This document shows positions 9,852 through 20,059 of a stretch of DNA of 64,000 bases, piece after piece. The position numbers were made by a program, and so were the translations under genes. The notes beneath the pieces were generated by a model. That model was given only the letters and a program-made list of their open reading frames with translations. It was not told the DNA's origin and did no database searches. The DNA is from Planctomycetota bacterium. GTDB lineage: Bacteria; Planctomycetota; Phycisphaerae; WQYP01. The DNA lies in the NCBI GenBank assembly GCA_021818445.1, contig JAKAEB010000001.1:16664-80663 (forward strand), given 5' to 3'. Each line of letters begins with the position of its first letter. Position 1 is the first letter of the stretch.

Positions 9852-12212
9852 TCAGATCAGGCCCGCCCGTTTTCGCAGTAACCATTCTACCGTGAGCAAA
9901 ATGACCAACAGAGCTAAAGCCCACGGCTTGTTCCATATCTGATGCGAATGAATAAGCAGATTCTCCACGCTGCGATCGGGAATGTAAGCCCCCGCCTGAT
10001 TAAACGTTGCCGGTCGAAGCATTTTACCTTCAGCGGTGGCTGCCCAGTGGGCCATAGCCGGCAAATCGGCACGGGGATTGACAAACTCCGTTTCCGGCGT
10101 CTGGGCCGATAGCTGCAAGGCCGGAGAATTCACCGGTAACTGACCCGGTTTAAGGGCGAAAGCATATTGCCCGGCTGCCCAAATGTGCACCAAAGTGCGG
10201 AAAACCCCCGGGTTATCGGGTTCCGCCTGCAGGAGGGCCTGCATATGACCGCCGGGGCCTTTAATGGTCATCTGCAATTCATGCGGCAGCGAGGAAAGCA
10301 GGCTTATTCGGTTGATGCGCACCGTCACCGGAACCGATTGCCCCACCAGTACATGGCGACCGGCCGCCTGCATCGCCACTGCCCGTCGCCTTTGAAACAG
10401 CCGGGATCGCGCCAGGGTGCGCATCATCTCAAGCCAATAGCTTTTGTATATCGGCGCACCGTGGTAGGTACGCCAGCGCCAGGTATCGGCGATGGCCGAG
10501 AAAATAGTTCTGCCCGCCCCGTATCGGCCCATGACTATCGCCGGTATGTCCCGGGCTGATATCTGCCGACCGGCCACCATCGCCAGAGCCGTCGCACTTG
10601 GTGAAAGACCCCCGACCGGCTGATACCAGTACAGCGGTGGCAAGTTCGCGACCTCGCGCAGGTTAGCGGCCTCATTATTGAAAAAATGAAACAGCATGCT
10701 CCGGCGTCCTGCCGTTGTGAGATGTAATCCAAATGGTATCCCCTCGACTGGTGCCATCTCCGGGCTTGCAGGATTACCGATGATAATGGGAAGTAATTTA
10801 GCGATCGGCGTCCCGCGGTACGCACCGGGTGAAAACTGCGGCCCCGCGATCATTAAAAATCCGCCGCCGTGATTGCCCACAAAATGCGTGATGAGTTTCA
10901 TCTGCCGCTGCGAAAAATAGTCAGGGTCCACATCGCCGAGAATCAGCACATCATATTGATCCAGTTCAGACTGCGTTTCGGGGAAGCGCCGTATGGGGAT
11001 ATTGCCCGCCTGCGCGAAGTGATTATCCGCCGATAGAAGCAGGCAACTCAGCAAAGTGGTTTTTTCACGTGCAAGGTCATTTTTCAGGTATCGGTATTCC
11101 CACCGCGGATAACCATCCACATAAAGAATTTTTATTTTGGCTTTGACAGCACGGGTCGTCAATGAAAGCTCGTGCCGTTTCCAGCCGGGAACCGGTGGAG
11201 AAAATTCCCCATGGGCCTTGCGAATCACCAGTTGGAGGTGATAGCGGCCTGGTGCCTTGGGCCGCCATGTCAATCTGAGCGGTATTTCCGACTTGCCCGC
11301 CGGAATTAATATCTTTTTACGAGTTAGCAGAACCCGGCCATCAGCACCCACTTCGTAGAGCCTCACATGCCGCACCAGCACGCCGGGGTTCTCCGAAGTG
11401 ATGATTTTGGCCGACACGGGAACAGGGTCGCCTACAAAAGCCTGGTGCGGCGTGCTGCCCTGCGCCAATTCAATACTGAAGGGCAGATGATCACGCCCAA
11501 TTGGTACCGTTATCAGTCTTACGGCCCGGCGCTTAAGCTCACTGGCCATTGCCCTGCTTGATGTGCGGTGTGTGTCGCGGCCATCCGAAAGTATCATCAG
11601 GGCGCTGACCGGCTGACCGGAAAGCTGGCCCATTACCTGTGACACAATTGTGGGAATGTCGGTCGAACTGGCAGCCGGTTTGATTTTACCGAGTTCCGCC
11701 AGCAGGGCGTCCAATTGCTTTTGATTTTCAGCCGCTCCGAGCAGGCGTGCCCGGCTGCCGCCCGTATAGATCACCACTTTCTGCCGTTTTAATAGTGCAC
11801 CCAGCCATCCTTTCTGGGCCTGTTGCAGCATGGTCACCGCCATCTGAAACCGGGTGGGGTGCGACTGATGCGATGCCAATAGGATATCGTGTAACTTGGC
11901 CGCCTCCTTCGGCGGATATTCGTCGCGAAGGGTCATCGAGAGAGATGAATCCACCCAGATCACCACGCGGCCCCGCTGCCGCACTAACTGATGGCTTACC
12001 AGTGCCGGCTCCATAAGCAGAAGTGCCACTGTCAGCAAGACCGCCGCCCGCAAGCCCGCCAAGGTCCATTTGTAGCGGGGTGCCGCACCTTGGGCACGAT
12101 AGCTCCAGGCACCAAAAGCAACGGCGGCAAGAGCGAGCAAGCTCATCCACACTGGATGGTTGGTCATAAAAACCAGATGATCAGACGCCGCAATCAGATA
12201 TGGGCCATTCAT
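9852..12212 (-). CDS. VWA-like / class-I glutamine-amidotransferase-like (DUF1355-type) membrane protein of Bat-like operon
   Basis: 786 aa. N-terminal TM segments. VVIWVDSSLSM is a VWA-like start. The segment ILYVDGYPRWEYRYL...YDVLILGDV resembles a GATase1-like fold. ATGA overlap with the upstream gene. Confidence 0.55.
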   Translation of the reverse strand: MNGPYLIAASDHLVFMTNHPVWMSLLALAAVAFGAWSYRAQGAAPRYKWTLAGLRAAVLLTVALLLMEPALVSHQLVRQRGRVVIWVDSSLSMTLRDEYPPKEAAKLHDILLASHQSHPTRFQMAVTMLQQAQKGWLGALLKRQKVVIYTGGSRARLLGAAENQKQLDALLAELGKIKPAASSTDIPTIVSQVMGQLSGQPVSALMILSDGRDTHRTSSRAMASELKRRAVRLITVPIGRDHLPFSIELAQGSTPHQAFVGDPVPVSAKIITSENPGVLVRHVRLYEVGADGRVLLTRKKILIPAGKSEIPLRLTWRPKAPGRYHLQLVIRKAHGEFSPPVPGWKRHELSLTTRAVKAKIKILYVDGYPRWEYRYLKNDLAREKTTLLSCLLLSADNHFAQAGNIPIRRFPETQSELDQYDVLILGDVDPDYFSQRQMKLITHFVGNHGGGFLMIAGPQFSPGAYRGTPIAKLLPIIIGNPASPEMAPVEGIPFGLHLTTAGRRSMLFHFFNNEAANLREVANLPPLYWYQPVGGLSPSATALAMVAGRQISARDIPAIVMGRYGAGRTIFSAIADTWRWRTYHGAPIYKSYWLEMMRTLARSRLFQRRRAVAMQAAGRHVLVGQSVPVTVRINRISLLSSLPHELQMTIKGPGGHMQALLQAEPDNPGVFRTLVHIWAAGQYAFALKPGQLPVNSPALQLSAQTPETEFVNPRADLPAMAHWAATAEGKMLRPATFNQAGAYIPDRSVENLLIHSHQIWNKPWALALLVILLTVEWLLRKRAGLI

Positions 12213-14485
12213 GCGTGGGCCCCCGTCAATTGCGTCGAGAGCCGATAACGCGAAAATGCCCTCGCCGCCAATGCCTCACTGGCGAGGATCATCAATCCCA
12301 GCAACAGCATCAGCCAGCCCACATTGCCCGCCGGGCCCGTGGACTTGCTTCGATGAGAATGCAATTGTGTCGGCTCACCGACTATACGGTCGGGCAGGAC
12401 CCCGAAACAGCGCGCCGCCAGCGCTGTCGACACATGGGCGATATTGGCATTTCCGGCCGCATCCACATTGACCGCTACCGTCGGCGTGCCATTTCCTGCC
12501 TTGTAAACACCTGCGGAATCAAAAGGCGGGCTGGAGAGTTGCAAATGATGACTATGCTTACTTCCAATCAGGTGCTCTTTGAGCGCCATTATCTGCCCGT
12601 CCGGCCCGCGTAATTTCAGCGACGCATGTCCGTGCGGCCGAAGCACCAATCTCTGGCCCACCTGCACATTGCGCCGCTGCCCGCCCGCCGTCAGCACACG
12701 GTCAAATACGCGGTATATCAGCGGCAGAAAAGAAGGCTGAGCTGGCAGATTGGTCCACTGGGTGTCACAGGTGGTGCCCCACATGGCCACCTTGCCTTTA
12801 CCAAAATTCCCCGCCACCAGCAGCGGCTTGCCGCCGCGCATCTTTAATAAAATCTCCGCATGCGGCCGGACCAGCAGGGGTGTGTATTGATCAATTGTTA
12901 TATGGAAAATTCCGGTATGTATGCCCTGCCGTTGGGCGGCGATAAACGGCCCTGTAATCGTTCGGGTGCTTCGTACCACGTCCAAGGTTTGCGGGCGATT
13001 TTTGGGGGTAGTCACTCGCGGCCCGAACTCCGCAGGAAGCAGGCCGCCAGCCAGGTGCGACCATGCGGATGTATCCGCTTCCCGGCCGGGATAAATCACC
13101 AGCGTGCCGCCTCGGCGCACAAATGCCATTAGACGCTGCAAATCGGCGGCGTCGGGCGGTGCCACATCGCTTAGCACAACCGCCGCATCATGCCGCAGAT
13201 TTGCCTCCGGTAAATCAGTCATTTCAATACGACGCGGGTTGAATCGATTTCCTTTGGCAGCCGGTGCCAGCGCCGCCTCCAGCCACGCCGTTGAAGCCAA
13301 AACTCCCTGCGATGGATCGCCCGGTCTACCATCAACCAGCAGCACGCCAATCGCACGCCGTGCCTTGAAGATGCGCGATCTTACATTATCAATCGGCAGC
13401 CCATCGGTCACGATGCGCGCCGTCAGGTCGTGCCATCCCGCCGTATCCACCGGGTTGGGCAATAGCATATCGCTGGTCAAAGATTCTTCGCCCCGCAACG
13501 TGCCGACAGTCTGCCGCCCGGCACTTACCCCATCGATAAAAAAGTGGACGCCGACATTCGGCTCCGCTTGCTGCCCGCTGTTAAGCAGTGTCAACCGCAC
13601 ATGAATATTGTGGCCAATCAATATTGCTGGCCGCGAAAACCGCAGATGCGTAATCGCCATATTGACGGCACCAGCGTGGCCCACGTCAAAGACGCGAAAA
13701 CTGGCCCCCGCCTTTTTTATGGCCTTGACCGCACGCCGAATATCCTCCACATGGGGTGACGGATGCGCCAAAGGATTGCTCCCGTTGGGACAGCCAAAAT
13801 CCGATGCCGCATCATCCGTAACCACCCACACCCGCACCGCCGCCGCCCGCTTTTGCCACTTGTGTGCCAGCGACGCGGCCCGCGCCAGCGCCGGGGCCAG
13901 CGACAGTCCGCCTTCCGTTACCTTCTGCCGTGCAATCAGCGCCGTTACGCTTGGTGACGCTGGTACCGGTTTTTCCAGCAACGGCCCGCTTCCTTTTGCG
14001 GCACCGATGATCGCCACCCACTGCCCGCCGATGAGTTGCTCGCTCCAGTGCTTAAGCAAGCGCCGACTCCGGGCAAACGGGCTTCCACCGGATGCAGGCA
14101 CATACCCCATCGGATACGCATTGTTCCATACAATTATGGTCAGCCGGCTGCCACTTCCCATCAGGGCGGACAACCCCCGGCTGAACGGGATGAATTGAGC
14201 AATCCCTGCCGCCAGCAGCAACAATGCCAGACACCGCAGCAGCAGAAGCAAAAGTCGCTGCAGCTTCAGCCGTCGCACATTGCGGCGGTAGGCCGCAATT
14301 AAAAATTGCATCGCCGCCCAGGGCTTTTGTCGGAATCGGCGTCGATTCAGCAGGTGAATAATGATGGGGATGCTGATACTCGCTGCGCCGGCGGCAAAAA
14401 GCCACGGCGAAACAAACGGCAACACCGCTACAGGAAACGATACCAACATCAACTCCACCCTGTCGGGCCCGCCCGACGAATTCAT
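12209..14485 (-). CDS. BatA-like protein with N-terminal double-transmembrane domain (TIGR02226-type) and VWA-like region
   Basis: 758 aa. N-terminus LVSFPVAVLPFVSPWLFAAGAASISIPIIIHLLNRRRFRQ matches the conserved IPIIIHLLxRR two-helix anchor. Confidence 0.65.
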   Translation of the reverse strand: MNSSGGPDRVELMLVSFPVAVLPFVSPWLFAAGAASISIPIIIHLLNRRRFRQKPWAAMQFLIAAYRRNVRRLKLQRLLLLLLRCLALLLLAAGIAQFIPFSRGLSALMGSGSRLTIIVWNNAYPMGYVPASGGSPFARSRRLLKHWSEQLIGGQWVAIIGAAKGSGPLLEKPVPASPSVTALIARQKVTEGGLSLAPALARAASLAHKWQKRAAAVRVWVVTDDAASDFGCPNGSNPLAHPSPHVEDIRRAVKAIKKAGASFRVFDVGHAGAVNMAITHLRFSRPAILIGHNIHVRLTLLNSGQQAEPNVGVHFFIDGVSAGRQTVGTLRGEESLTSDMLLPNPVDTAGWHDLTARIVTDGLPIDNVRSRIFKARRAIGVLLVDGRPGDPSQGVLASTAWLEAALAPAAKGNRFNPRRIEMTDLPEANLRHDAAVVLSDVAPPDAADLQRLMAFVRRGGTLVIYPGREADTSAWSHLAGGLLPAEFGPRVTTPKNRPQTLDVVRSTRTITGPFIAAQRQGIHTGIFHITIDQYTPLLVRPHAEILLKMRGGKPLLVAGNFGKGKVAMWGTTCDTQWTNLPAQPSFLPLIYRVFDRVLTAGGQRRNVQVGQRLVLRPHGHASLKLRGPDGQIMALKEHLIGSKHSHHLQLSSPPFDSAGVYKAGNGTPTVAVNVDAAGNANIAHVSTALAARCFGVLPDRIVGEPTQLHSHRSKSTGPAGNVGWLMLLLGLMILASEALAARAFSRYRLSTQLTGAHA

Positions 14486-14494
14486 TCAATGATG

Positions 14495-15427
14495 CTAAGC
14501 CATCCGCGCCGCACGCGAAGCAAGAAAATTTGGCAGCGACACATCCAATGGCACACTGGTGTCAATCTGCACACAATCCACCCGCAATTGATGGCAGGCA
14601 TCGCGAATGCGGTTATTGTGCTCCGTTATCTCTTTCAGGTAAGCCTCACGCAGAGCCTGTGGCTCCACCACCAGCTCGCTTGCCTCTTCCATCCCCTTGA
14701 ACATCGTGGTTTGATTAAATGGAAAATCCAGTTCGTCATGATCCAGCACCTGCAGGCATATCAGATCATGCCGACGGTAACGCAGGTGCCGTACCCCTTT
14801 GATTAAGCGCTCCGGGTCATCAAACATATCGCTTACCAGTATCACGAGACTGCGATGTTTAATTTCTTCGGCAATCTGATCAAGCACCATCCCCGTGTCG
14901 GTTTTTGGTTCACCCACAGTGGCGGATAATTCTTCGATCATGATCCGCCATTGCCGCGGATTATTCGACGGGCGGATGATCCGACGTACCCGCGAATCGT
15001 AAACCGCCAGACCGGCGCTGTCCCGTTGCTGCAGGGCCGCATACGCCAAACTGGCTGCAATACTGATGGCGTGATCATACTTTCGCCACGTCGGGTTATT
15101 GCGACCGCTGTATGCCATCGACGCCGATGCATCCACCACCAGCATGACCTGCAAATTGGTTTCTTCCTCGTATTGTTTAATGTAATGCCGGTCGGTGCGG
15201 CCAAACACCTTCCAATCGATAAATTTAATATCATCGCCGCTGGTGTACGGCCGATGCTGGGCAAATTCAATCGAAAAGCCCTTATATGGCGACCGGTGCA
15301 TCCCGCTGATAAAACCCTCCACAATCAACCGGGCCCGGATGTCCAATGCACCAATCTTGGCCAGTACCTTCGGGTCAAGGTATTGGCGGTAATCAATTTT
15401 TTCTTCAGGTAAGTTCTCGGCTGCCAT
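14495..15427 (-). CDS. DUF58 domain protein (VWA-like, MoxR partner)
   Basis: 310 aa. FxGxHxSxxxGxSxEFAxxRxYxxGDDxxxIDWKVFGRTDRHYIKQYEEE signature of DUF58. Confidence 0.8.
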   Translation of the reverse strand: MAAENLPEEKIDYRQYLDPKVLAKIGALDIRARLIVEGFISGMHRSPYKGFSIEFAQHRPYTSGDDIKFIDWKVFGRTDRHYIKQYEEETNLQVMLVVDASASMAYSGRNNPTWRKYDHAISIAASLAYAALQQRDSAGLAVYDSRVRRIIRPSNNPRQWRIMIEELSATVGEPKTDTGMVLDQIAEEIKHRSLVILVSDMFDDPERLIKGVRHLRYRRHDLICLQVLDHDELDFPFNQTTMFKGMEEASELVVEPQALREAYLKEITEHNNRIRDACHQLRVDCVQIDTSVPLDVSLPNFLASRAARMA

Positions 15428-15461
15428 GCTGCTCCAACGGTATTCAGCTTTCCACCGGCGG

Positions 15462-16520
15462 TTATGCCGTTACCTTCGCCACCATGGTGGAATCGGCGGA
15501 CTCTGTCACTGGCGTATTTTCAATTAACATCCGCACAATGTCGTCGGAGCGAATCCCTTCGGCTTCTGCATTGAAGTTCGTCAGCACGCGATGCCGCAGT
15601 GTGGGTGGTGCCACCGCACGAATGTCCTGCGTGCTCACGTGGTGTCGCCCTTGCAGTAAGGCCCGCGCCTTGCCCGCCAGTACCAAATACTGCGATGCCC
15701 GTGGCCCTGCCCCCCACGACACATAATCTTTCACAAATTTCGGCACGTCACCCTTGATGACGCGCGTCTGCCGCGTCAGCTTGAGGGCATACCTCACCAC
15801 ATGGTCCGGAACCGGCACTTTGCGCACCAGCTCCATAAGTTGTAGAACTTCTTCACCCGTGATCACCGGATCAATTTGCACCTGCCGCGGGGCGGTTGTC
15901 AATCGCACGATGTCAAATTCTTCCTGCTCGGACGGATAGTCCACCAGCACCTGAAACATAAATCGGTCAAGCTGTGCCTCGGGCAGCGGGTAGGTGCCTT
16001 CCTGCTCGATCGGATTCTGTGTGGCCATTACAAAAAACGGTTCGGGCAGCCGTCGCTGCACCCCACCGGCCGTCACTTGGTGTTCCTGCATGGCCTCAAG
16101 CAGCGCGGCTTGTGTTTTTGGCGGTGTACGGTTGATTTCATCCGCCAATACGGCATTGGCAAAGATTGGGCCCTTCACGTAGCGCAGCGCCCGTTGCCCG
16201 GTTGTCTTATCTTCTTCAATCACTTCGGTACCGGTAATATCCGATGGCATCAGGTCGGGTGTAAACTGCACGCGGTTAAAACTCAGCGTCAATGTCTTGG
16301 CCAGCGTCGATACCAGCAGTGTTTTCGCCAGCCCCGGCACGCCCACCAGCAGGCAGTGTCCGCGGCAAATCAATGTGATGAGCAATTCCTCAATCACCTT
16401 TTCCTGACCCACGACGGCCTTGGCCAATTCTTTTTGCAGCCGCGTGGCGGTGTTTTGCAGTTTTTGAATGCTTTCCATTTCGGCGGGGGACAAATCGAGC
16501 GGATCACGCGATGAATCGGT
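15462..16520 (-). CDS. MoxR-family AAA+ ATPase
   Basis: Walker A GVPGLAKT and Walker B LLADEINR. Typical MoxR length. Start chosen at MTDSSRDPL with GGAG 9 nt upstream; the track ORF extends to 16586. Confidence 0.85.
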   Translation of the reverse strand, partial: TDSSRDPLDLSPAEMESIQKLQNTATRLQKELAKAVVGQEKVIEELLITLICRGHCLLVGVPGLAKTLLVSTLAKTLTLSFNRVQFTPDLMPSDITGTEVIEEDKTTGQRALRYVKGPIFANAVLADEINRTPPKTQAALLEAMQEHQVTAGGVQRRLPEPFFVMATQNPIEQEGTYPLPEAQLDRFMFQVLVDYPSEQEEFDIVRLTTAPRQVQIDPVITGEEVLQLMELVRKVPVPDHVVRYALKLTRQTRVIKGDVPKFVKDYVSWGAGPRASQYLVLAGKARALLQGRHHVSTQDIRAVAPPTLRHRVLTNFNAEAEGIRSDDIVRMLIENTPVTESADSTMVAKVTA

Positions 16521-16698
16521 CATGATGTCGGTACTCCGGATAAGACTCTCGGCCGTGAGCATAACAAATATCGGCGGTTTCTGCATGCCCGCGCGTCTGA
16601 AGCTAAAAAAGCCTCAACTGGCAGCCTGCCCGATTGCTTCGGAGAGGATGCCTCGATCGGCAGGAGCGGCTATCATACAGGCGGTTTTTGGAGGTGAC

Positions 16699-17049
16699 AT
16701 GGCCACAGTGCACGCGGCGGTTTCCGATTTAATTTTCTCATCGCGCATCGCCGCTGAAGCCCGCGCTCTGAATCTGCAGGTTAATTGGGTACGCTCGCCG
16801 GCCGAATGTTCCCAATGGCAGCAATCACCGCCGCAACTTCTCATCGTGGACTTGAATATGACAGCGACCGATCCCTTGGCGATCATCACACTTGCCAAAG
16901 CGCTGCCAACACCCCCTCAAGTTGTCGCGTTCCTGTCCCATGTGCAGCGCGAACTGGCGCAGCAGGCGGCGGATCAGGGGGCTGACATCGTTTTGCCACG
17001 ATCGGCATTTGTCACTCAACTTCCACAATTGCTTCGAGGTTTACAATGA
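16699..17049 (+). CDS. Small degenerate receiver (REC)-like domain protein
   Basis: 117 aa from MATVHAAVSDLIFSS... with LLIVDLNM (Asp57-like) and VVAFLSH. The canonical acidic pair and Lys are not all conserved. Translationally coupled (ATGA) to the downstream S41 protease. Confidence 0.3.
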   Translation: MATVHAAVSDLIFSSRIAAEARALNLQVNWVRSPAECSQWQQSPPQLLIVDLNMTATDPLAIITLAKALPTPPQVVAFLSHVQRELAQQAADQGADIVLPRSAFVTQLPQLLRGLQ

Positions 17050-18647
17050 AAAAGAAGGTGCGTGCCGTATATTCCAAGAGCCTGTTTGAAAAGTCCGATG
17101 CGGGTGGATTGGGGTGGAAAATGGATGGATGCAAGGACGCAGATCTGAAGCATATTCCGGAATATGTTGAGGATCGAGGACGCCGCAGGCGGCCGTTTGC
17201 CGCCCCAGGGTGCTCCCGGCGGAGTTTCCGAACAGGCTCTAAGGTCGCAGTAACGGCATCGGTAATTGCCGCGTTGGCACTGGGAATCGCCATCGGCAGG
17301 GGGCATTGGTGGCAATCAAAATCCTCACCGCAGGATGCCGGTGCCTACCAATTCATGCAGGATGTTACATTTACCCATGCCCTTATCAGGCAGAATTTTT
17401 ATCGCCACGTCGCCAATCAAAAGCTCATGACCGGGGCTATTCGTGGCATGCTGAGCCGACTCGATCCCTACAGCGTCTATTTTCCACATCGCCAATGGTC
17501 AGATTTTAACGAACAGGTGCAGGGGCAATTTGCCGGCATCGGCTTTATCGCCGTTGATAACTCCAAGTCAGGCGTTGTGGTATTGCGCCCGCTGGCCCAA
17601 TCACCGGCATATAAAGATGGTATTCGTACCGGAGATAAAATTCTCTCGATCAACGGGCAAAAAATCGCGGGCTGGAAATTTTCGCGAGTACTTCATGCGA
17701 TGAATGGCACGGTGGGCACGTTCTTAACTCTCACCCTCCAGCCGCCATCATCCCATCGACGATTACACGTAACTGCCCGTCGCACGCTTCTAACGCGACA
17801 AAGCGTGCAGGGCTTCAAACGCTACCCCAATGGCCGTTGGGACTACCTCATCAATCCAGTCCGGCGCATCGCCTACGTGCACATCACCGCCTTTGAAAAA
17901 AATACACCCCAGGAACTTGATGCCGCGCTCCTGCCGCTGATTCATTCCCCGGGCGGCCTCCACGGTCTGGTGCTGGATTTGCGTTTCAACCCCGGCGGAC
18001 TCGTCGCCAGTGGCGTGGCGGTGGCCCGGCGCTTTATTAAGTCCGGCCTGATTGTCTCCGCCCATGGTCGCCAGCCGCAGACCGATTGGCGCGAAGTGTC
18101 TCATGGCCGCCACACCTACCCCTATTTTCCCGTGGTCGTCATGATCAACGGGCAAACCGCCAGCGCCGCCGAACTGCTCACCGGTGCCCTGCAATGCCAC
18201 CACCGCGCCCAGGTTGTCGGCACCCAGTCATTCGGCAAAGGGTGCATGCAGAATATGTTTCCACTGCCCGGCGGTCGGTCCGCCATCAAGCTAACCACCG
18301 CTCTCTATTATTTACCCAATGGAAAAAATATATCCCGGCACCGCCATTCAAAAACATGGGGGATTGAACCGTCCCCCGGCGGACTGGTGCCCGTGACCAA
18401 AAAAATGCAGACTGCCATCTTTCTTCATATGAAAGAATCCACACTTATTCTGCCCGCGGGCAATAAGGCCCGTACCGCAGCCATGGCGCGTCTGGGTATT
18501 AAATTGCCGCCGCGACACTTTGTTGATGTGCAGTTGGCCAAAGCTCTGGCACTTTTGCAGATCGGCCATCTCGCCGGTGCCGGGTCGGTTCCGGCCCCAA
18601 CCGTCTCGTCGCGGGTTTCCGCCGGCCGCAAACGGGCCGGTCAGTAA
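17046..18647 (+). CDS. S41 family C-terminal processing peptidase (PDZ + S41 catalytic domain)
   Basis: PDZ segment GIGFIAVDNSKSGVVVLRPLAQSPAYKDGIRTGDKILSINGQ. Catalytic region LVLDLRFNPGG and TASAAELLTGALQ...GTQSFGKG. Confidence 0.8.
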   Translation: MKKKVRAVYSKSLFEKSDAGGLGWKMDGCKDADLKHIPEYVEDRGRRRRPFAAPGCSRRSFRTGSKVAVTASVIAALALGIAIGRGHWWQSKSSPQDAGAYQFMQDVTFTHALIRQNFYRHVANQKLMTGAIRGMLSRLDPYSVYFPHRQWSDFNEQVQGQFAGIGFIAVDNSKSGVVVLRPLAQSPAYKDGIRTGDKILSINGQKIAGWKFSRVLHAMNGTVGTFLTLTLQPPSSHRRLHVTARRTLLTRQSVQGFKRYPNGRWDYLINPVRRIAYVHITAFEKNTPQELDAALLPLIHSPGGLHGLVLDLRFNPGGLVASGVAVARRFIKSGLIVSAHGRQPQTDWREVSHGRHTYPYFPVVVMINGQTASAAELLTGALQCHHRAQVVGTQSFGKGCMQNMFPLPGGRSAIKLTTALYYLPNGKNISRHRHSKTWGIEPSPGGLVPVTKKMQTAIFLHMKESTLILPAGNKARTAAMARLGIKLPPRHFVDVQLAKALALLQIGHLAGAGSVPAPTVSSRVSAGRKRAGQ

Positions 18648-18678
18648 TTACGCCCAGGCCATTACCGGTGGGTAACGC

Positions 18679-19713
18679 ATGACGAATATCCTTGCCATTG
18701 AAACCACCTGCGACGAGACCGCCGCCGCCGTCGTCGCCGATGGCTGGCTGGTTAAATCCAATGTCGTCAGTTCACAAGTTCAATTGCATCAGAAATATGG
18801 AGGCGTGGTGCCGGAAATTGCCTCGCGCGCCCACATGGAGTGGCTTAACCGCCTCATCGATAGCGCCCTGGAGCAGGCCCGCTGCGCTTTTGCCGACCTG
18901 GACGCAATTGCCGTCGCCCATTGTCCCGGGCTTGTCGGATGTCTTATTGTCGGAGTGGCGGCCGCCAAAACGCTGGCTTTCGCCCTCCATCGGCCACTCA
19001 TCGGCATCAATCATGTGCATGCCCATTTATACGGCGGCTTTCTGTCCAGCAAACCGGGTGGTTCGACCTCCATGCCGGAATTTCCGGCCTTGGGATTGGT
19101 GGTGTCCGGCGGCCATACCAGCCTGTTTCATCTGCACAGCTTTGTCGACATCCGCCGCATGGGTGCCACCATCGACGATGCGATCGGTGAGGCGTTTGAT
19201 AAAACAGCCGCCATACTTGGGTTGGGATATCCCGGCGGGGCCGCACTTGAACAATTGGCCCGCCAAGGTGACGCCAACTCCATTGATTTTCCCATAAGTC
19301 TGCTGGATCCCGAATCACTCGATTTTTCCTACAGTGGTCTCAAGACGGCGGTGCGCTATCACCTTCAAGGCCGGAAAGGGGAGGCGCAAAGTATTAACAC
19401 CCGCCCTTCGCAGGACCTTGCCGATGTGGCTGCGGCCTTTCAACGTGCCGCCATTGCCCCCATTGGGGTAAAACTGCGCCGAGCCATGCAACGCTACGGA
19501 TTCAGGTCCATTCTGGTCGGTGGGGGGGTTTCGGCGAACCACTCGCTGCGGCAGGTCGTAAGGCAGGTGGCGGAAGAATTTGCCGTGCCGGTGGCAATGC
19601 CGGCCATGGCTTTCTGCACCGACAACGCTGCGATGCTCGCGGGCTTGGCGTTCCATCGCCTGGAGGCGGGATGCATCGATTCGTTGAATCTTCCGGCAAT
19701 AGCCACGGTTTGA
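18679..19713 (+). CDS. tsaD: tRNA N6-adenosine threonylcarbamoyltransferase TsaD
   Basis: MTNILAIETTCDETAAAVV..., GINHVHAHLYG and SGGVSANHSLR motifs of the Kae1/TsaD family. Confidence 0.85.
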   Translation: MTNILAIETTCDETAAAVVADGWLVKSNVVSSQVQLHQKYGGVVPEIASRAHMEWLNRLIDSALEQARCAFADLDAIAVAHCPGLVGCLIVGVAAAKTLAFALHRPLIGINHVHAHLYGGFLSSKPGGSTSMPEFPALGLVVSGGHTSLFHLHSFVDIRRMGATIDDAIGEAFDKTAAILGLGYPGGAALEQLARQGDANSIDFPISLLDPESLDFSYSGLKTAVRYHLQGRKGEAQSINTRPSQDLADVAAAFQRAAIAPIGVKLRRAMQRYGFRSILVGGGVSANHSLRQVVRQVAEEFAVPVAMPAMAFCTDNAAMLAGLAFHRLEAGCIDSLNLPAIATV

Positions 19714-19842
19714 AGGCGTTTGGCATGATGTTTGCGTCTTCCGGTTCTTTGAAAGCTCGGCGTGGTGATCCTGCCGATGTCTCCATCGGCCGCCACAACG
19801 GGCAGGTACAGGCTCTTGGGCCCTTACGACAGGGAGGCCTTT

Positions 19843-19995
19843 ATGGCACACCGACGTACTTCCGGTTCCAAAGTTCGTTCCCACAAAATTGGCTTCAACA
19901 AGGGAAGCTTTCATCACCGAAAACAGGCCCGGCTTGAGGCACGCCGCCTCCTGGCGCAATTTCAATTGGTGACGTTCGACTCGCTGGGCGCTTAA
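19843..19995 (+). CDS. Small highly basic protein (50 aa), function unknown
   Basis: MAHRRTSGSKVRSHKIGFNKGSFHHRKQARLEARRLLAQFQLVTFDSLGA. Strong SD (AGGGAGG) 6 nt upstream of the ATG. Not present in the track as a separate ORF; it is embedded in 19762..19995. Confidence 0.4.
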   Translation: MAHRRTSGSKVRSHKIGFNKGSFHHRKQARLEARRLLAQFQLVTFDSLGA

Positions 19996-20059
19996 ATCGT
20001 TCCCCACGGGGGCGTGGCGGCCGGCGCGTTGCGCTGCCGCCATCCCGTGGATACGCGCC

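Noticed and set aside
19762-19995. Possible assignment of the small basic ORF as ribosomal protein bL34
   Set aside because: Only loose compositional similarity. The conserved HGFRxRM and KGRKxLTV motifs are absent, and there is no rnpA neighbour.
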